From positions 1 to 43,380 of IMG/VR virus record IMGVR_UViG_3300002461_000266: a stretch of 43,380 nt of DNA; one strand, given 5' to 3'. This DNA is from a virus. Each line of letters opens with the position of its first letter. The stretch's first letter is position 1. The notes under the pieces are model-generated. The model made no database searches and was not told the origin of the DNA. It saw only the letters and a list, made by a program, of their open reading frames with translations. Below, piece by piece: positions 14,825 through 21,532 of this stretch. The translations under genes were made by a program, and so were the position numbers.

Positions 14825-14922
14825 TGGGCAGAGACTTACTTGGCGTGGCGCTGTTTATTATGCTGCTGACTTCGGCGATAATGTTGTTGGCTTTTGTGGC
14901 TGGCCTGTTTTTGACTTTCTGA
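14824..14922 (+). CDS. Hypothetical single-TM micro-protein (32 aa)
   Basis: MGRDLLGVALFIMLLTSAIMLLAFVAGLFLTF. The ATG overlaps the upstream TGA (TGATG). Confidence 0.45.
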   Translation: MGRDLLGVALFIMLLTSAIMLLAFVAGLFLTF

Positions 14923-15010
14923 TCCTTATGCGCGATACCGTACAGAACCCCCGGTAATGGGCCTGCATGATTGGCCCGTCGCAATGTTGCGATACTTACT
15001 GGAGAGTCAA

Positions 15011-15556
15011 ATGAGCACCCTTAAAAACAACGCCCTGGCCAACGCGTTTGCGGTAATCGCGGCTGACAGCCAAGCCATCGAGTCCAAAGCCGATGGCGTC
15101 CTGTCCATTGTCCGTATGACTGGCATCAAGGACGAGAAGCAATTCAGCGAAGCGGTGAAAGCGGCCTACCTGGAAAACGGCTGGAACGCCACCCGCGGCA
15201 AGCCGGTCACGGGCAGCAAAGCGGAACCCGTGCCGGTGACGGTCAAGCAATACGTCTCTGGCATCCGGGCTGCGTTCCGGCTGGGGCTGAACGTCGGCAA
15301 GGCGGCATCCTTTACCGCACTGCGCAAGCAAATCAAGACCGCCCGAGCGGCCAAGCGGACCGTGGAGAAGCCCGAGGACGCCAGGGTTATGGGCCTGCGC
15401 CTGGTCCAGCCGTCCGTGCTGACCGGGGCGCCGTTCCATGACCTGCTGGTGACCTATCACCAGCTCGACGCCAAGCGTCAGGGGCTGCTGGTGGGGTCGG
15501 TAGGGCGCCTGCTGCGGGACTACAAGGTCGACGTGCCGCTGCTCAAAGCCGCGTAA
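15011..15556 (+). CDS. Hypothetical protein (181 aa)
   Basis: ATG at 15011 after GGAGAG. The track start at 14957 has no SD. It is followed by a strong terminator. Confidence 0.8.
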   Translation: MSTLKNNALANAFAVIAADSQAIESKADGVLSIVRMTGIKDEKQFSEAVKAAYLENGWNATRGKPVTGSKAEPVPVTVKQYVSGIRAAFRLGLNVGKAASFTALRKQIKTARAAKRTVEKPEDARVMGLRLVQPSVLTGAPFHDLLVTYHQLDAKRQGLLVGSVGRLLRDYKVDVPLLKAA

Positions 15557-15580
15557 TCGTTTCAGCGGTAAACCTTTCGG

Positions 15581-15611
15581 GGGGGCGCCTTCGGGTGCCC
15601 TTTTTATTTTT
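15581..15611 (+). terminator. Rho-independent terminator
   Basis: GGGCGCC-ttcg-GGTGCCC followed by TTTTTATTTTT. Confidence 0.85.
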
Positions 15612-15613
15612 GC

Positions 15614-15642
15614 TTGACAGGCTGTTTTTGCAGGAATACAGT
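15614..15642 (+). promoter_or_regulatory. Sigma70-type promoter
   Basis: TTGACA (15614..15619) - N17 - TACAGT (15637..15642), directly after the terminator. Confidence 0.6.
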
Positions 15643-15678
15643 CCGGTTATCGCAACCAAAAACGAAAGGGAAAATGCG

Positions 15679-15858
15679 ATGGACCGATACGATCTGCTGG
15701 CTGAATTTCTGCACGACATGGGGCGGGGCATCCTTTGGGGCCTCGCCATTTTGTTGTCCGGCATCGCGCTGGGCCTGCTGGCCAGCCTGACGCCGGCGGC
15801 GGACTGGGCGGCTGCGCTGGCCGACCAGTTCGTGTGGTTGGTGGAGTTCGTGCTGTGA
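15679..15858 (+). CDS. Hypothetical membrane protein (59 aa)
   Basis: ATG at 15679 after AAGGGA. It contains a hydrophobic stretch, ILWGLAILLSGIALGLLASL. Confidence 0.6.
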   Translation: MDRYDLLAEFLHDMGRGILWGLAILLSGIALGLLASLTPAADWAAALADQFVWLVEFVL

Positions 15859-16034
15859 CCCCAGTCGCCCTGCAGGAACGCTCCTGCCACCTGAAACGGC
15901 GCTACTTCACCGAGGTCGACGCGCTGGTGATGGCTGGCAAACGCCAGGTCTACGGGGCGCCGAAGCTGCGGGCCTACCGGTGTCAGTTCTGCAGCGGCTG
16001 GCATCTGACCAAGAAAATCGACAAGGGAGCGTAA
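15855..16034 (+). CDS. Hypothetical zinc-ribbon-like protein (59 aa)
   Basis: GTGA overlap with the upstream stop. It ends ...KLRAYRCQFCSGWHLTKKIDKGA, with an earlier Cys/His pair (SCH). Confidence 0.6.
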   Translation: MTPVALQERSCHLKRRYFTEVDALVMAGKRQVYGAPKLRAYRCQFCSGWHLTKKIDKGA

Positions 16035-16037
16035 AAC

Positions 16038-16241
16038 GTGGGCATGAAGAACAACGACCGTTTTCTGGCCAGCAGCAAGAAACCCGCCACCGTGGTTTTT
16101 GACAAGGGCCGGCGGGGCAACCCCCTGGCGGGCTGCGATTGCGTGCAGTGCTTCGGTTACTGCATGATTAACGGTGATGAAGCGGCCAGGGTGCGCTTCG
16201 CGCACTCGACCGTGCCAACTGACAAGGAGATACTGAAATGA
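16038..16241 (+). CDS. Hypothetical protein (67 aa; alternative ATG at 16044)
   Basis: GTG lies 8 nt after GGAG. It contains CDCVQCFGYC. Confidence 0.6.
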   Translation: MGMKNNDRFLASSKKPATVVFDKGRRGNPLAGCDCVQCFGYCMINGDEAARVRFAHSTVPTDKEILK

Positions 16242-16555
16242 GCGCGACGCCGAGGACGGATGAATTTGTCGGGAAAGTGTGGGACGCTGAACGGCTTAAA
16301 CATCCTGTTCGTGAATATAACGACTTGGCCGACTTTGCCCGCCAGCTAGAGCGCGCTCTTGAGAAAGCCGATCGCCGTGCTGCGGAGTTGGAGAGGGATG
16401 CGCGGAGGTATCGGTGGTTGCGGAACCAGATAGAGAAAGGCCCGTTGTGTATTTTTGAGTGCAACGATTTTGATGTGGCATCGTGGAGCGGTGATGATCC
16501 TGACGCCGCCATCGACGCCGCCCTCGAATCCGAGAAGGGAGAAAGCCATGAGTGA
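16238..16555 (+). CDS. Hypothetical protein, DARRYRWL-motif paralog 1 (105 aa)
   Basis: ATGA overlap with the upstream stop. It shares the DARRYRWL and AAIDAA...GE motifs with the next gene. Confidence 0.75.
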   Translation: MSATPRTDEFVGKVWDAERLKHPVREYNDLADFARQLERALEKADRRAAELERDARRYRWLRNQIEKGPLCIFECNDFDVASWSGDDPDAAIDAALESEKGESHE

Positions 16556-16775
16556 GCGCGAGGAACTGGTGAAGCTGACGGTGCAGCAGATTGAGGCGGA
16601 TGCGCGGCGGTATCGGTGGCTTGCCGGAAACGCCCCACAGCATTCCTCCCGTTGGCAAAGATGGAAGCTAGAATTTTGGAGCGGTTTTCATGGCGGTTGG
16701 CAGCCGCTCACTGACACCGAACTTGACGCAGCTATCGACGCCGCCATTGCGCGGGAGGGAGGGGAAGATGAGTGA
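16548..16775 (+). CDS. Hypothetical protein, DARRYRWL-motif paralog 2 (75 aa)
   Basis: Internal ATG of track ORF 16455..16775, with an 8-nt ATGAGTGA overlap with the upstream gene. Confidence 0.7.
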   Translation: MSEREELVKLTVQQIEADARRYRWLAGNAPQHSSRWQRWKLEFWSGFHGGWQPLTDTELDAAIDAAIAREGGEDE

Positions 16776-17049
16776 TGTTGAGCGGGCAGAAAAGATGCGA
16801 GTTTTAAACATTCAGCGGTGCGCCGAGGCTATGCAGTTGCTTTACCAAACTTACATCATCGACGCGCAAGCAGCATCGTTTCGCGGAACAGCAATAACGG
16901 CGATAAACGAACTTATTTTACGGCTTGGCGGCGAGGATACCGCGCAAAAGATTGAGGCCGCGCCGTGGTCAGCCAGAATGCGAGCGTCCGGAGAGCAGGA
17001 TTTGATTGACTTGGAAAAGTCTGTAAGAAAAGACGTGGGCCACGAATGA
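16768..17049 (+). CDS. Hypothetical protein (93 aa)
   Basis: Internal ATG of track ORF 16690..17049, with the same ATGAGTGA overlap junction as the previous pair. Confidence 0.7.
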   Translation: MSDVERAEKMRVLNIQRCAEAMQLLYQTYIIDAQAASFRGTAITAINELILRLGGEDTAQKIEAAPWSARMRASGEQDLIDLEKSVRKDVGHE

Positions 17050-17258
17050 AGCAAATACGGATCGCCGCATCCCCGATTAATGGCGATGTTTTTGCGGGGC
17101 ATTTGTCGAAGTGCGGAACTTATTGGCTGTCGAACAAACGCGATGTTACCGGAGAGGCATGCGCTGCAGTAGCGATGCATGTGATTGGTAAGGGCGGGGA
17201 AGTTGTTGTCACCGCTAACGGGAAGCCTAAATACGAAATAACGGTTAAGGAATTATGA
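17046..17258 (+). CDS. Hypothetical protein (70 aa)
   Basis: ATGA overlap with the upstream stop. Confidence 0.7.
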   Translation: MKQIRIAASPINGDVFAGHLSKCGTYWLSNKRDVTGEACAAVAMHVIGKGGEVVVTANGKPKYEITVKEL

Positions 17259-17413
17259 TCGCCTGCGCTGAATGGCTTGGCCGCAGCAGCGATACTTGCA
17301 CTCGCGGGAAATTTTGTGTTTGTAAAAATCTGGCTATGCGTGAAGTCGATTGCAACGATGATGATTCCCAGAGGGAATCGCAGCGCACGTTGATGCCCCC
17401 CGGATACGAGTAA
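17255..17413 (+). CDS. Hypothetical Cys-rich micro-protein (52 aa; below track cutoff)
   Basis: MIACAEWLGRSSDTCTRGKFCVCKNLAMREVDCNDDDSQRESQRTLMPPGYE; ATGA overlap with the upstream stop. Confidence 0.45.
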   Translation: MIACAEWLGRSSDTCTRGKFCVCKNLAMREVDCNDDDSQRESQRTLMPPGYE

Positions 17414-17435
17414 CCGGGTTAACAAGGAGAAAGCA

Positions 17436-18149
17436 ATGGATGAACTGGTAAAGCGGTTGCGGTCACTCAAGGTTCTGCTTGGCACAGACTCGCCAGAGGT
17501 TCGCGGATGGTCGTCAGCCGTTCAGCAAGCGGCACAAAAAACGGTGAACGACGCCATTGCCGCCCTTTCCGCGCAGCCGCAGCAGGAGCCGGTGGCGCGA
17601 GTAAAACGTAACTCCGGGTGCGGCGGGCGAGAATTCATTGGTGAGTCACTGGAATTCAGAGATTTGCCGGTCGGCACCAAACTCTACACCGCCCCGCCGT
17701 CAGGAGTGCGGGAGGGGATTGCGTTGCAGGAGTTGCAAAATATCGTTAATGCTAAACGGTTCGACGTTGATAAGTTTGACGATGACACCGATTTTGCAGA
17801 CTGGGCACAATCACGAGCGCGTCATGCCATCACCCGCGCAGCCGAGCAGGTCAATGCAGGGGGGCAGGAATCCGGTAAGCCCGTGAAGGCCGCTGATAAC
17901 CCGGCGACTGGAGGCATCCGCAGCCCTGCCCCCTCTGCACCCCTCACCGCGCAGCCCGCAGCGGAGCCGGTGGCGTGGATGCACTATCACAAGGGTGGCG
18001 GCTATTGTCCGCTACTCTACGATTGGGCAAATCCTCGGCTTGGCGACACTGTGCGTCCGATGTATTTCCGTGATGATAAGCCGGCCTATGCTTGCACACA
18101 TCCCGGCGACGCTGCCCCCGTTGCCGACAGAAAGGAAGGCGTGAGATGA
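17436..18149 (+). CDS. Hypothetical protein (237 aa)
   Basis: ATG after AAGGAGA. No motif was recognised. Confidence 0.8.
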   Translation: MDELVKRLRSLKVLLGTDSPEVRGWSSAVQQAAQKTVNDAIAALSAQPQQEPVARVKRNSGCGGREFIGESLEFRDLPVGTKLYTAPPSGVREGIALQELQNIVNAKRFDVDKFDDDTDFADWAQSRARHAITRAAEQVNAGGQESGKPVKAADNPATGGIRSPAPSAPLTAQPAAEPVAWMHYHKGGGYCPLLYDWANPRLGDTVRPMYFRDDKPAYACTHPGDAAPVADRKEGVR

Positions 18150-18391
18150 GCAATGTGACCTCAATGCCAATCTTCAAGAAAGGCTCAACAGCAGCAGAGT
18201 TTTTCTATGAAATGCACCTGTATGCGCTGGAAAAACCGCAGCGTTTTAGGAAGATGGCAATAGTGTTTGAAGAAGAACTGCCTAACAAATGCACTTTGGT
18301 TAGGCAGCTTTCGAACTTTTGCACAACCAGCGAGTTGATCGGATTACTTGAACTAGGCAAGCATCGTGTTATTCAGGAGACTGAAAAATGA
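18146..18391 (+). CDS. Hypothetical protein (81 aa)
   Basis: Internal ATG of track ORF 18092..18391; ATGA overlap with the upstream stop. Confidence 0.7.
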   Translation: MSNVTSMPIFKKGSTAAEFFYEMHLYALEKPQRFRKMAIVFEEELPNKCTLVRQLSNFCTTSELIGLLELGKHRVIQETEK

Positions 18392-18726
18392 CCGCCCCGA
18401 AGCCCGAAGCGCCGACGCTTCCTGACTGGAAAAATGCCCGATCCATCGATCAGCCGCATTTTGCTTTCTGGATGAGCGCACTCACCAGCGAAGGACTCCA
18501 CGCAAAGGCTGACATTGCCCGACTACTGGCGATGCTCACTCAAGAACTGGCAGAAAAGAATGAACGCCTCCTCGTCAACCACGCCGACGCGCTGGCGGGA
18601 CTGGTGCGGGCTGTTGCTGAGTATGAAGCGGAGTGCGCTAATCCCGGCGTTGACCTGATGTATCGCGCCAATCGCCGCAAGAACATGTTCGACAAACTCG
18701 CCGTCCTCAACGGAGCGGAGAAATGA
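18388..18726 (+). CDS. Hypothetical protein (112 aa)
   Basis: ATGA overlap with the upstream stop. Confidence 0.75.
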   Translation: MTAPKPEAPTLPDWKNARSIDQPHFAFWMSALTSEGLHAKADIARLLAMLTQELAEKNERLLVNHADALAGLVRAVAEYEAECANPGVDLMYRANRRKNMFDKLAVLNGAEK

Positions 18727-18938
18727 CCAGCAAAGCCGAGGAACTGTGGGAGAAATACGCCATTGATGAAATGATTGACCGTGCGCCATTCCTCGCCGCC
18801 CTCCGCGAGTACGGCGCAGAGGTCAGGAAAAAGGATGCGGAGATAGCGCGTGAGTTACATACCGGAGAGCAAGACGACATCACGCGAGACGCAAAACACA
18901 AAAGCGCCGCCGCCATCGAGCGGGAGGAGTTGCCGTGA
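18723..18938 (+). CDS. Hypothetical protein (71 aa)
   Basis: ATGA overlap with the upstream stop. Confidence 0.7.
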   Translation: MTSKAEELWEKYAIDEMIDRAPFLAALREYGAEVRKKDAEIARELHTGEQDDITRDAKHKSAAAIEREELP

Positions 18939-19411
18939 TTATCGGAATCGACCCCGGACTGTCCGGCGCCGTGTGTCTGTTGGACGGCGAGCGCCTGGAG
19001 GTGTTCGACCTGCCGACGACCGAGCGTGTGGTTAACGGCAAGACCAAACGGCAGCTGGACCTGCACAGCCTGGCGAACGATCTGCGCTGCTGCCCGCTGG
19101 CCCGGATCCGCTTCGTGCTGATCGAGCAGGTATCTGCCATGCCGGGCCAAGGCGTGACCAGCAGCTTCAACTTCGGCTTCACGGCCGGCGCCATACAGGG
19201 CGTGGCTGCGGCGTTGGGGTTCCCGCTGCGCACCGTCCACCCGCAGGTCTGGAAGCGCAAGTTCGGCCTCCTGGGGCAACCCAAGGACGCCAGCCGGGCG
19301 GAAGCCAGCCGCAGGTTCCCGGCCTACGCCGACCAGTGGCCGCTCAAGAAGCACGACGGTCGGGCGGAAGCGGCCCTTATTGCGCTTTTTGGTTCTATGA
19401 CGGATAATTAG
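18935..19411 (+). CDS. RuvC-like Holliday-junction resolvase (158 aa)
   Basis: GTG after GGGAGGAG. IIGIDPGLSGA (first catalytic Asp), VLIEQV (Glu) and HDGRAEAALIA (C-terminal acidic/His) fit the phage RuvC pattern. Confidence 0.85.
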   Translation: MIIGIDPGLSGAVCLLDGERLEVFDLPTTERVVNGKTKRQLDLHSLANDLRCCPLARIRFVLIEQVSAMPGQGVTSSFNFGFTAGAIQGVAAALGFPLRTVHPQVWKRKFGLLGQPKDASRAEASRRFPAYADQWPLKKHDGRAEAALIALFGSMTDN

Positions 19412-19425
19412 CCATGATGATCCAA

Positions 19426-19503
19426 CTGTGCGTAGCTCAGTCTGGTCAGAGTTCTCGGTTTGGAACCGAGGGGTCGTAGGTTCGAATCCTACCGCACAGA
19501 CCA
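19426..19503 (+). tRNA. tRNA-Pro(UGG): tRNA-Pro, anticodon UGG, CCA encoded
   Basis: Hand-folded cloverleaf. Acceptor: CTGTGCG/CGCACAG. D arm: GCTC-agtctggtca-GAGT. Anticodon arm: CTCGG-ttTGGaa-CCGAG. Variable loop: gggtc. T arm: GTAGG-ttcgaat-CCTAC. Discriminator A, then CCA. Confidence 0.9.
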
Positions 19504-19519
19504 TTTTAGTGAGGCAAAA

Positions 19520-20719
19520 ATGAACGTAATCAAAATTGACGGCGGGCTGCCAATCAAAGCGTGGACCGACGGCGTGCCTGTGGAAGATGCGGCCTTGAAA
19601 CAACTGCACAACCTGTCGCGGATGCCGTTCGCTTACTCACACATTGCGGTGATGCCCGACGTTCACTGGGGAATGGGCGCGACGGTAGGGAGCGTCATCG
19701 CCACGAAAGGCGCGATTATCCCGGCTGCGGTTGGGGTGGACATCGGTTGCGGAATGATGGCGGTGCGCACGAGCCTGCGCGCTTCCGATCTTCCCGACAA
19801 CCTGCACGGTGTGCGCAGCGCGATCGAGGTCGCGGTCCCGCACGGCCGCACCGACAACGGTGGGATCAACGATCGCGGCGCGTGGGGGCACGACAATTTT
19901 GGCCCGTGGTATGGCGCGTTGACGAAGATCGCCGCCAAGCACCCGAAGCTCGAACGCGCCGCGCAGCGAGCGCCCCGCCACATCGGCACGCTCGGCACCG
20001 GAAACCACTTCATCGAGTTGTGCCTCGACGAGTCGCAAGACGTGTGGATCATGCTGCACTCAGGCAGCCGTGGCATCGGTAACGCGATCGGCAGCTACTT
20101 CATCGAGAAGGCCAAGGAGGACATGCGCCGTTGGTTCATCAACCTGCCGGATATCGACCTTGCCTACCTGCCGCAGGGTTCCGAGAACTTCGGCGACTAC
20201 GTAGAAGCCGTGCATTGGGCGCAGGGGTACGCCCTGGCGAACCGCGAGGCGATGATGGACGCCACGCTCAACGCGCTGCGCGTGGCGCTCGACCGCGAGA
20301 TTGAACCGTTCGAGGAAGCCGTCAACTGCCACCACAACTACGTGTCGTGGGAGCGCCACTTCGGCGAGAACGTCATGGTGACGCGCAAGGGCGCCGTGCG
20401 GGCCGGTGAAGGTGATCTCGGCATCATCCCCGGCAGCATGGGGGCCAAGTCCTTTATCGTCCGCGGCAAAGGCAACCGAGACAGCTTTTGTTCCTGCTCC
20501 CACGGCGCCGGTCGGGCGATGTCTCGCGGCGAAGCCAAACGGCGATTCACCTTGGCCGATCACGAGGCGGCGACGGTTGGGGTTGAATGCCGTAAGGATG
20601 CAGAGGTCATCGACGAAACGCCAGCCGCTTACAAGCCAATCGACGCTGTCATGGCTGCGCAGTCCGATCTGGTTGAGGTTGTTCACACGTTAAAGCAAGT
20701 TGTGTGCGTAAAAGGCTGA
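19520..20719 (+). CDS. rtcB: RtcB-family RNA 3'-phosphate/2',3'-cyclic phosphate ligase (399 aa)
   Basis: Signatures HSGSRGIGN, NCHHNY, GSMG and SCSHGAGR. The true ATG is at 19520, after GAGG. The track start at 19460 is a TTG inside the tRNA. Confidence 0.95.
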   Translation: MNVIKIDGGLPIKAWTDGVPVEDAALKQLHNLSRMPFAYSHIAVMPDVHWGMGATVGSVIATKGAIIPAAVGVDIGCGMMAVRTSLRASDLPDNLHGVRSAIEVAVPHGRTDNGGINDRGAWGHDNFGPWYGALTKIAAKHPKLERAAQRAPRHIGTLGTGNHFIELCLDESQDVWIMLHSGSRGIGNAIGSYFIEKAKEDMRRWFINLPDIDLAYLPQGSENFGDYVEAVHWAQGYALANREAMMDATLNALRVALDREIEPFEEAVNCHHNYVSWERHFGENVMVTRKGAVRAGEGDLGIIPGSMGAKSFIVRGKGNRDSFCSCSHGAGRAMSRGEAKRRFTLADHEAATVGVECRKDAEVIDETPAAYKPIDAVMAAQSDLVEVVHTLKQVVCVKG

Positions 20720-20720
20720 C

Positions 20721-20858
20721 ATGCTCCACTACTGCCCGAAGTGCCCCGTCAAGAAGCTGCTGGTGTGGCAGCAAAGCAAGCTCCGCTACTACTGCCCGAA
20801 CTGCCATCGGAATTTCACGTTGCGCGAAGTCGTGCTGGTCAAAGGAGGGAAGGAATGA
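20721..20858 (+). CDS. Zinc-ribbon micro-protein (45 aa; below track cutoff)
   Basis: MLHYCPKCPVKKLLVWQQSKLRYYCPNCHRNFTLREVVLVKGGKE, with two CPxC knuckles. The ATG lies 1 nt after the rtcB stop. Confidence 0.55.
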   Translation: MLHYCPKCPVKKLLVWQQSKLRYYCPNCHRNFTLREVVLVKGGKE

Positions 20859-20986
20859 CCAATGATTTCGTTCTGATTCTGGTGGGCTACGGAGTAATGA
20901 TGATGGGGTTGCCCAAGCCTGTGCGTTTCTTCTGCGGTTTGATCCTCATGTTGGTCGCTGCGCTGGCGGCTTGGATAAAAGCATGA
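20855..20986 (+). CDS. Membrane micro-protein (43 aa)
   Basis: MTNDFVLILVGYGVMMMGLPKPVRFFCGLILMLVAALAAWIKA; ATGA overlap, after GGAGGGAAGGA. Confidence 0.55.
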   Translation: MTNDFVLILVGYGVMMMGLPKPVRFFCGLILMLVAALAAWIKA

Positions 20987-21192
20987 ACGATCCAGTCAAC
21001 CATCCGAAGCACTATACGTCGCACCCGAGCGGTATCGAGTGCATCCAGGTCACCGAGCACATGGGCTTCAACCTCGGCAACGCGTTCAAGTACATCTGGC
21101 GCGCGGACCTGAAACACGACGCCATCGAGGACTTGAAGAAAGCCGCGTGGTATCTGCAGCGCGAGATTGCCAAGCGCGAGGCGGCTAAGTGA
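20983..21192 (+). CDS. DUF3310-family (SaV-like) phage protein (69 aa)
   Basis: NHPKHYTSHPSGIECIQV...GNAFKYIWRADLK...DLKKAAWYLQREI matches the DUF3310 pattern (P-x-HY ... G-N-x-x-KY-x-x-R ... DL-x-KA-x-x-Y). ATGA overlap with the upstream stop. Confidence 0.75.
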   Translation: MNDPVNHPKHYTSHPSGIECIQVTEHMGFNLGNAFKYIWRADLKHDAIEDLKKAAWYLQREIAKREAAK

Positions 21193-21335
21193 CCCTCCTG
21201 CTCATTCTCGGCTTGGCCGCGGCTGCGGTGCAGGTTATGTGCGCGCACAACGAGCACTACGGCGCGGCCTCGGGATGGGGTGCGGTCCAGATGGTGCTGC
21301 TCTGGGTTTTCTTTTTGGTGAAGGAGATCGGATGA
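21189..21335 (+). CDS. Membrane micro-protein (48 aa; below track cutoff)
   Basis: (M)TLLLILGLAAAAVQVMCAHNEHYGAASGWGAVQMVLLWVFFLVKEIG; GTGA overlap with the upstream stop. Confidence 0.5.
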   Translation: MTLLLILGLAAAAVQVMCAHNEHYGAASGWGAVQMVLLWVFFLVKEIG

Positions 21336-21532
21336 ACTACATCCTCCTGCTGTTCCTGACCGGGCAGCCCGTGCAGCAGGTCGGGCCGTTCGACAACGTC
21401 TTCGCTTGCGAAAAAGCCGCGGAGCAGGCCAAGCTGGCCAGCGCCCGAGCGGTTTCAGCTAGGGCAGGCGTGGCGTGCGTGAATTTGAAGGCCAAGCCGC
21501 ACCACTGGAACGGGAAGCCGGTGCCGAAATGA
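21332..21532 (+). CDS. Hypothetical small protein with hydrophobic N-terminus (66 aa)
   Basis: MNYILLLFLTGQPVQQVGPF...; ATGA overlaps at both ends. Confidence 0.55.
   Translation: MNYILLLFLTGQPVQQVGPFDNVFACEKAAEQAKLASARAVSARAGVACVNLKAKPHHWNGKPVPK

Larger units (their letters stand above)
14351..15061 (+). repeat. Four same-orientation copies of the 11-mer CGGTAATCGCG
   Basis: Exact copies at 14351..14361, 14433..14443, 14509..14519 and 15051..15061. They fall in two different coding frames (SGNRG in 14211..14399; AVIAA in 15011..15556) and in non-coding DNA, so this is a DNA-level motif. Confidence 0.9.
14465..15398 (+). repeat. GGTAATGGGCCTGC x2 plus a one-mismatch copy
   Basis: 14465..14478 and 14953..14966 are exact. 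15385..15398 is GGTTATGGGCCTGC. Copies 1 and 3 extend to CAGGGT(A/T)ATGGGCCTGCGC. Confidence 0.85.

Noticed and set aside
14772-14957. Track ORF of 61 aa (MFTRCLIRLS...).
   Set aside because: It has no SD. Another frame in the same DNA gives two coupled micro-ORFs with an SD, a recognisable AAPDLL motif and a clean TM segment.
14351-15061. The repeated 11-mers as a CRISPR array.
   Set aside because: The repeats are only 11 nt long, their spacing is irregular (82, 76 and 542 bp), they partly lie inside coding sequence, and there are no cas genes.
19426-19503. The tRNA as an attP/integration-site remnant of a temperate phage.
   Set aside because: No integrase, excisionase or repressor was recognised anywhere in the complete genome. 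The tRNA is full-length with an intact cloverleaf.
19460-19519. ORF-track start of the RtcB ORF at 19460 (MEPRGRRFESY...).
   Set aside because: The start is a TTG inside the anticodon loop of the tRNA. The ATG at 19520 has an SD and gives a normal RtcB N-terminus.
18707-19609. 300-aa minus-strand ORF spanning the RuvC gene, the tRNA and the rtcB start.
   Set aside because: It runs antisense through a tRNA and two motif-supported genes, and its composition looks like junk.
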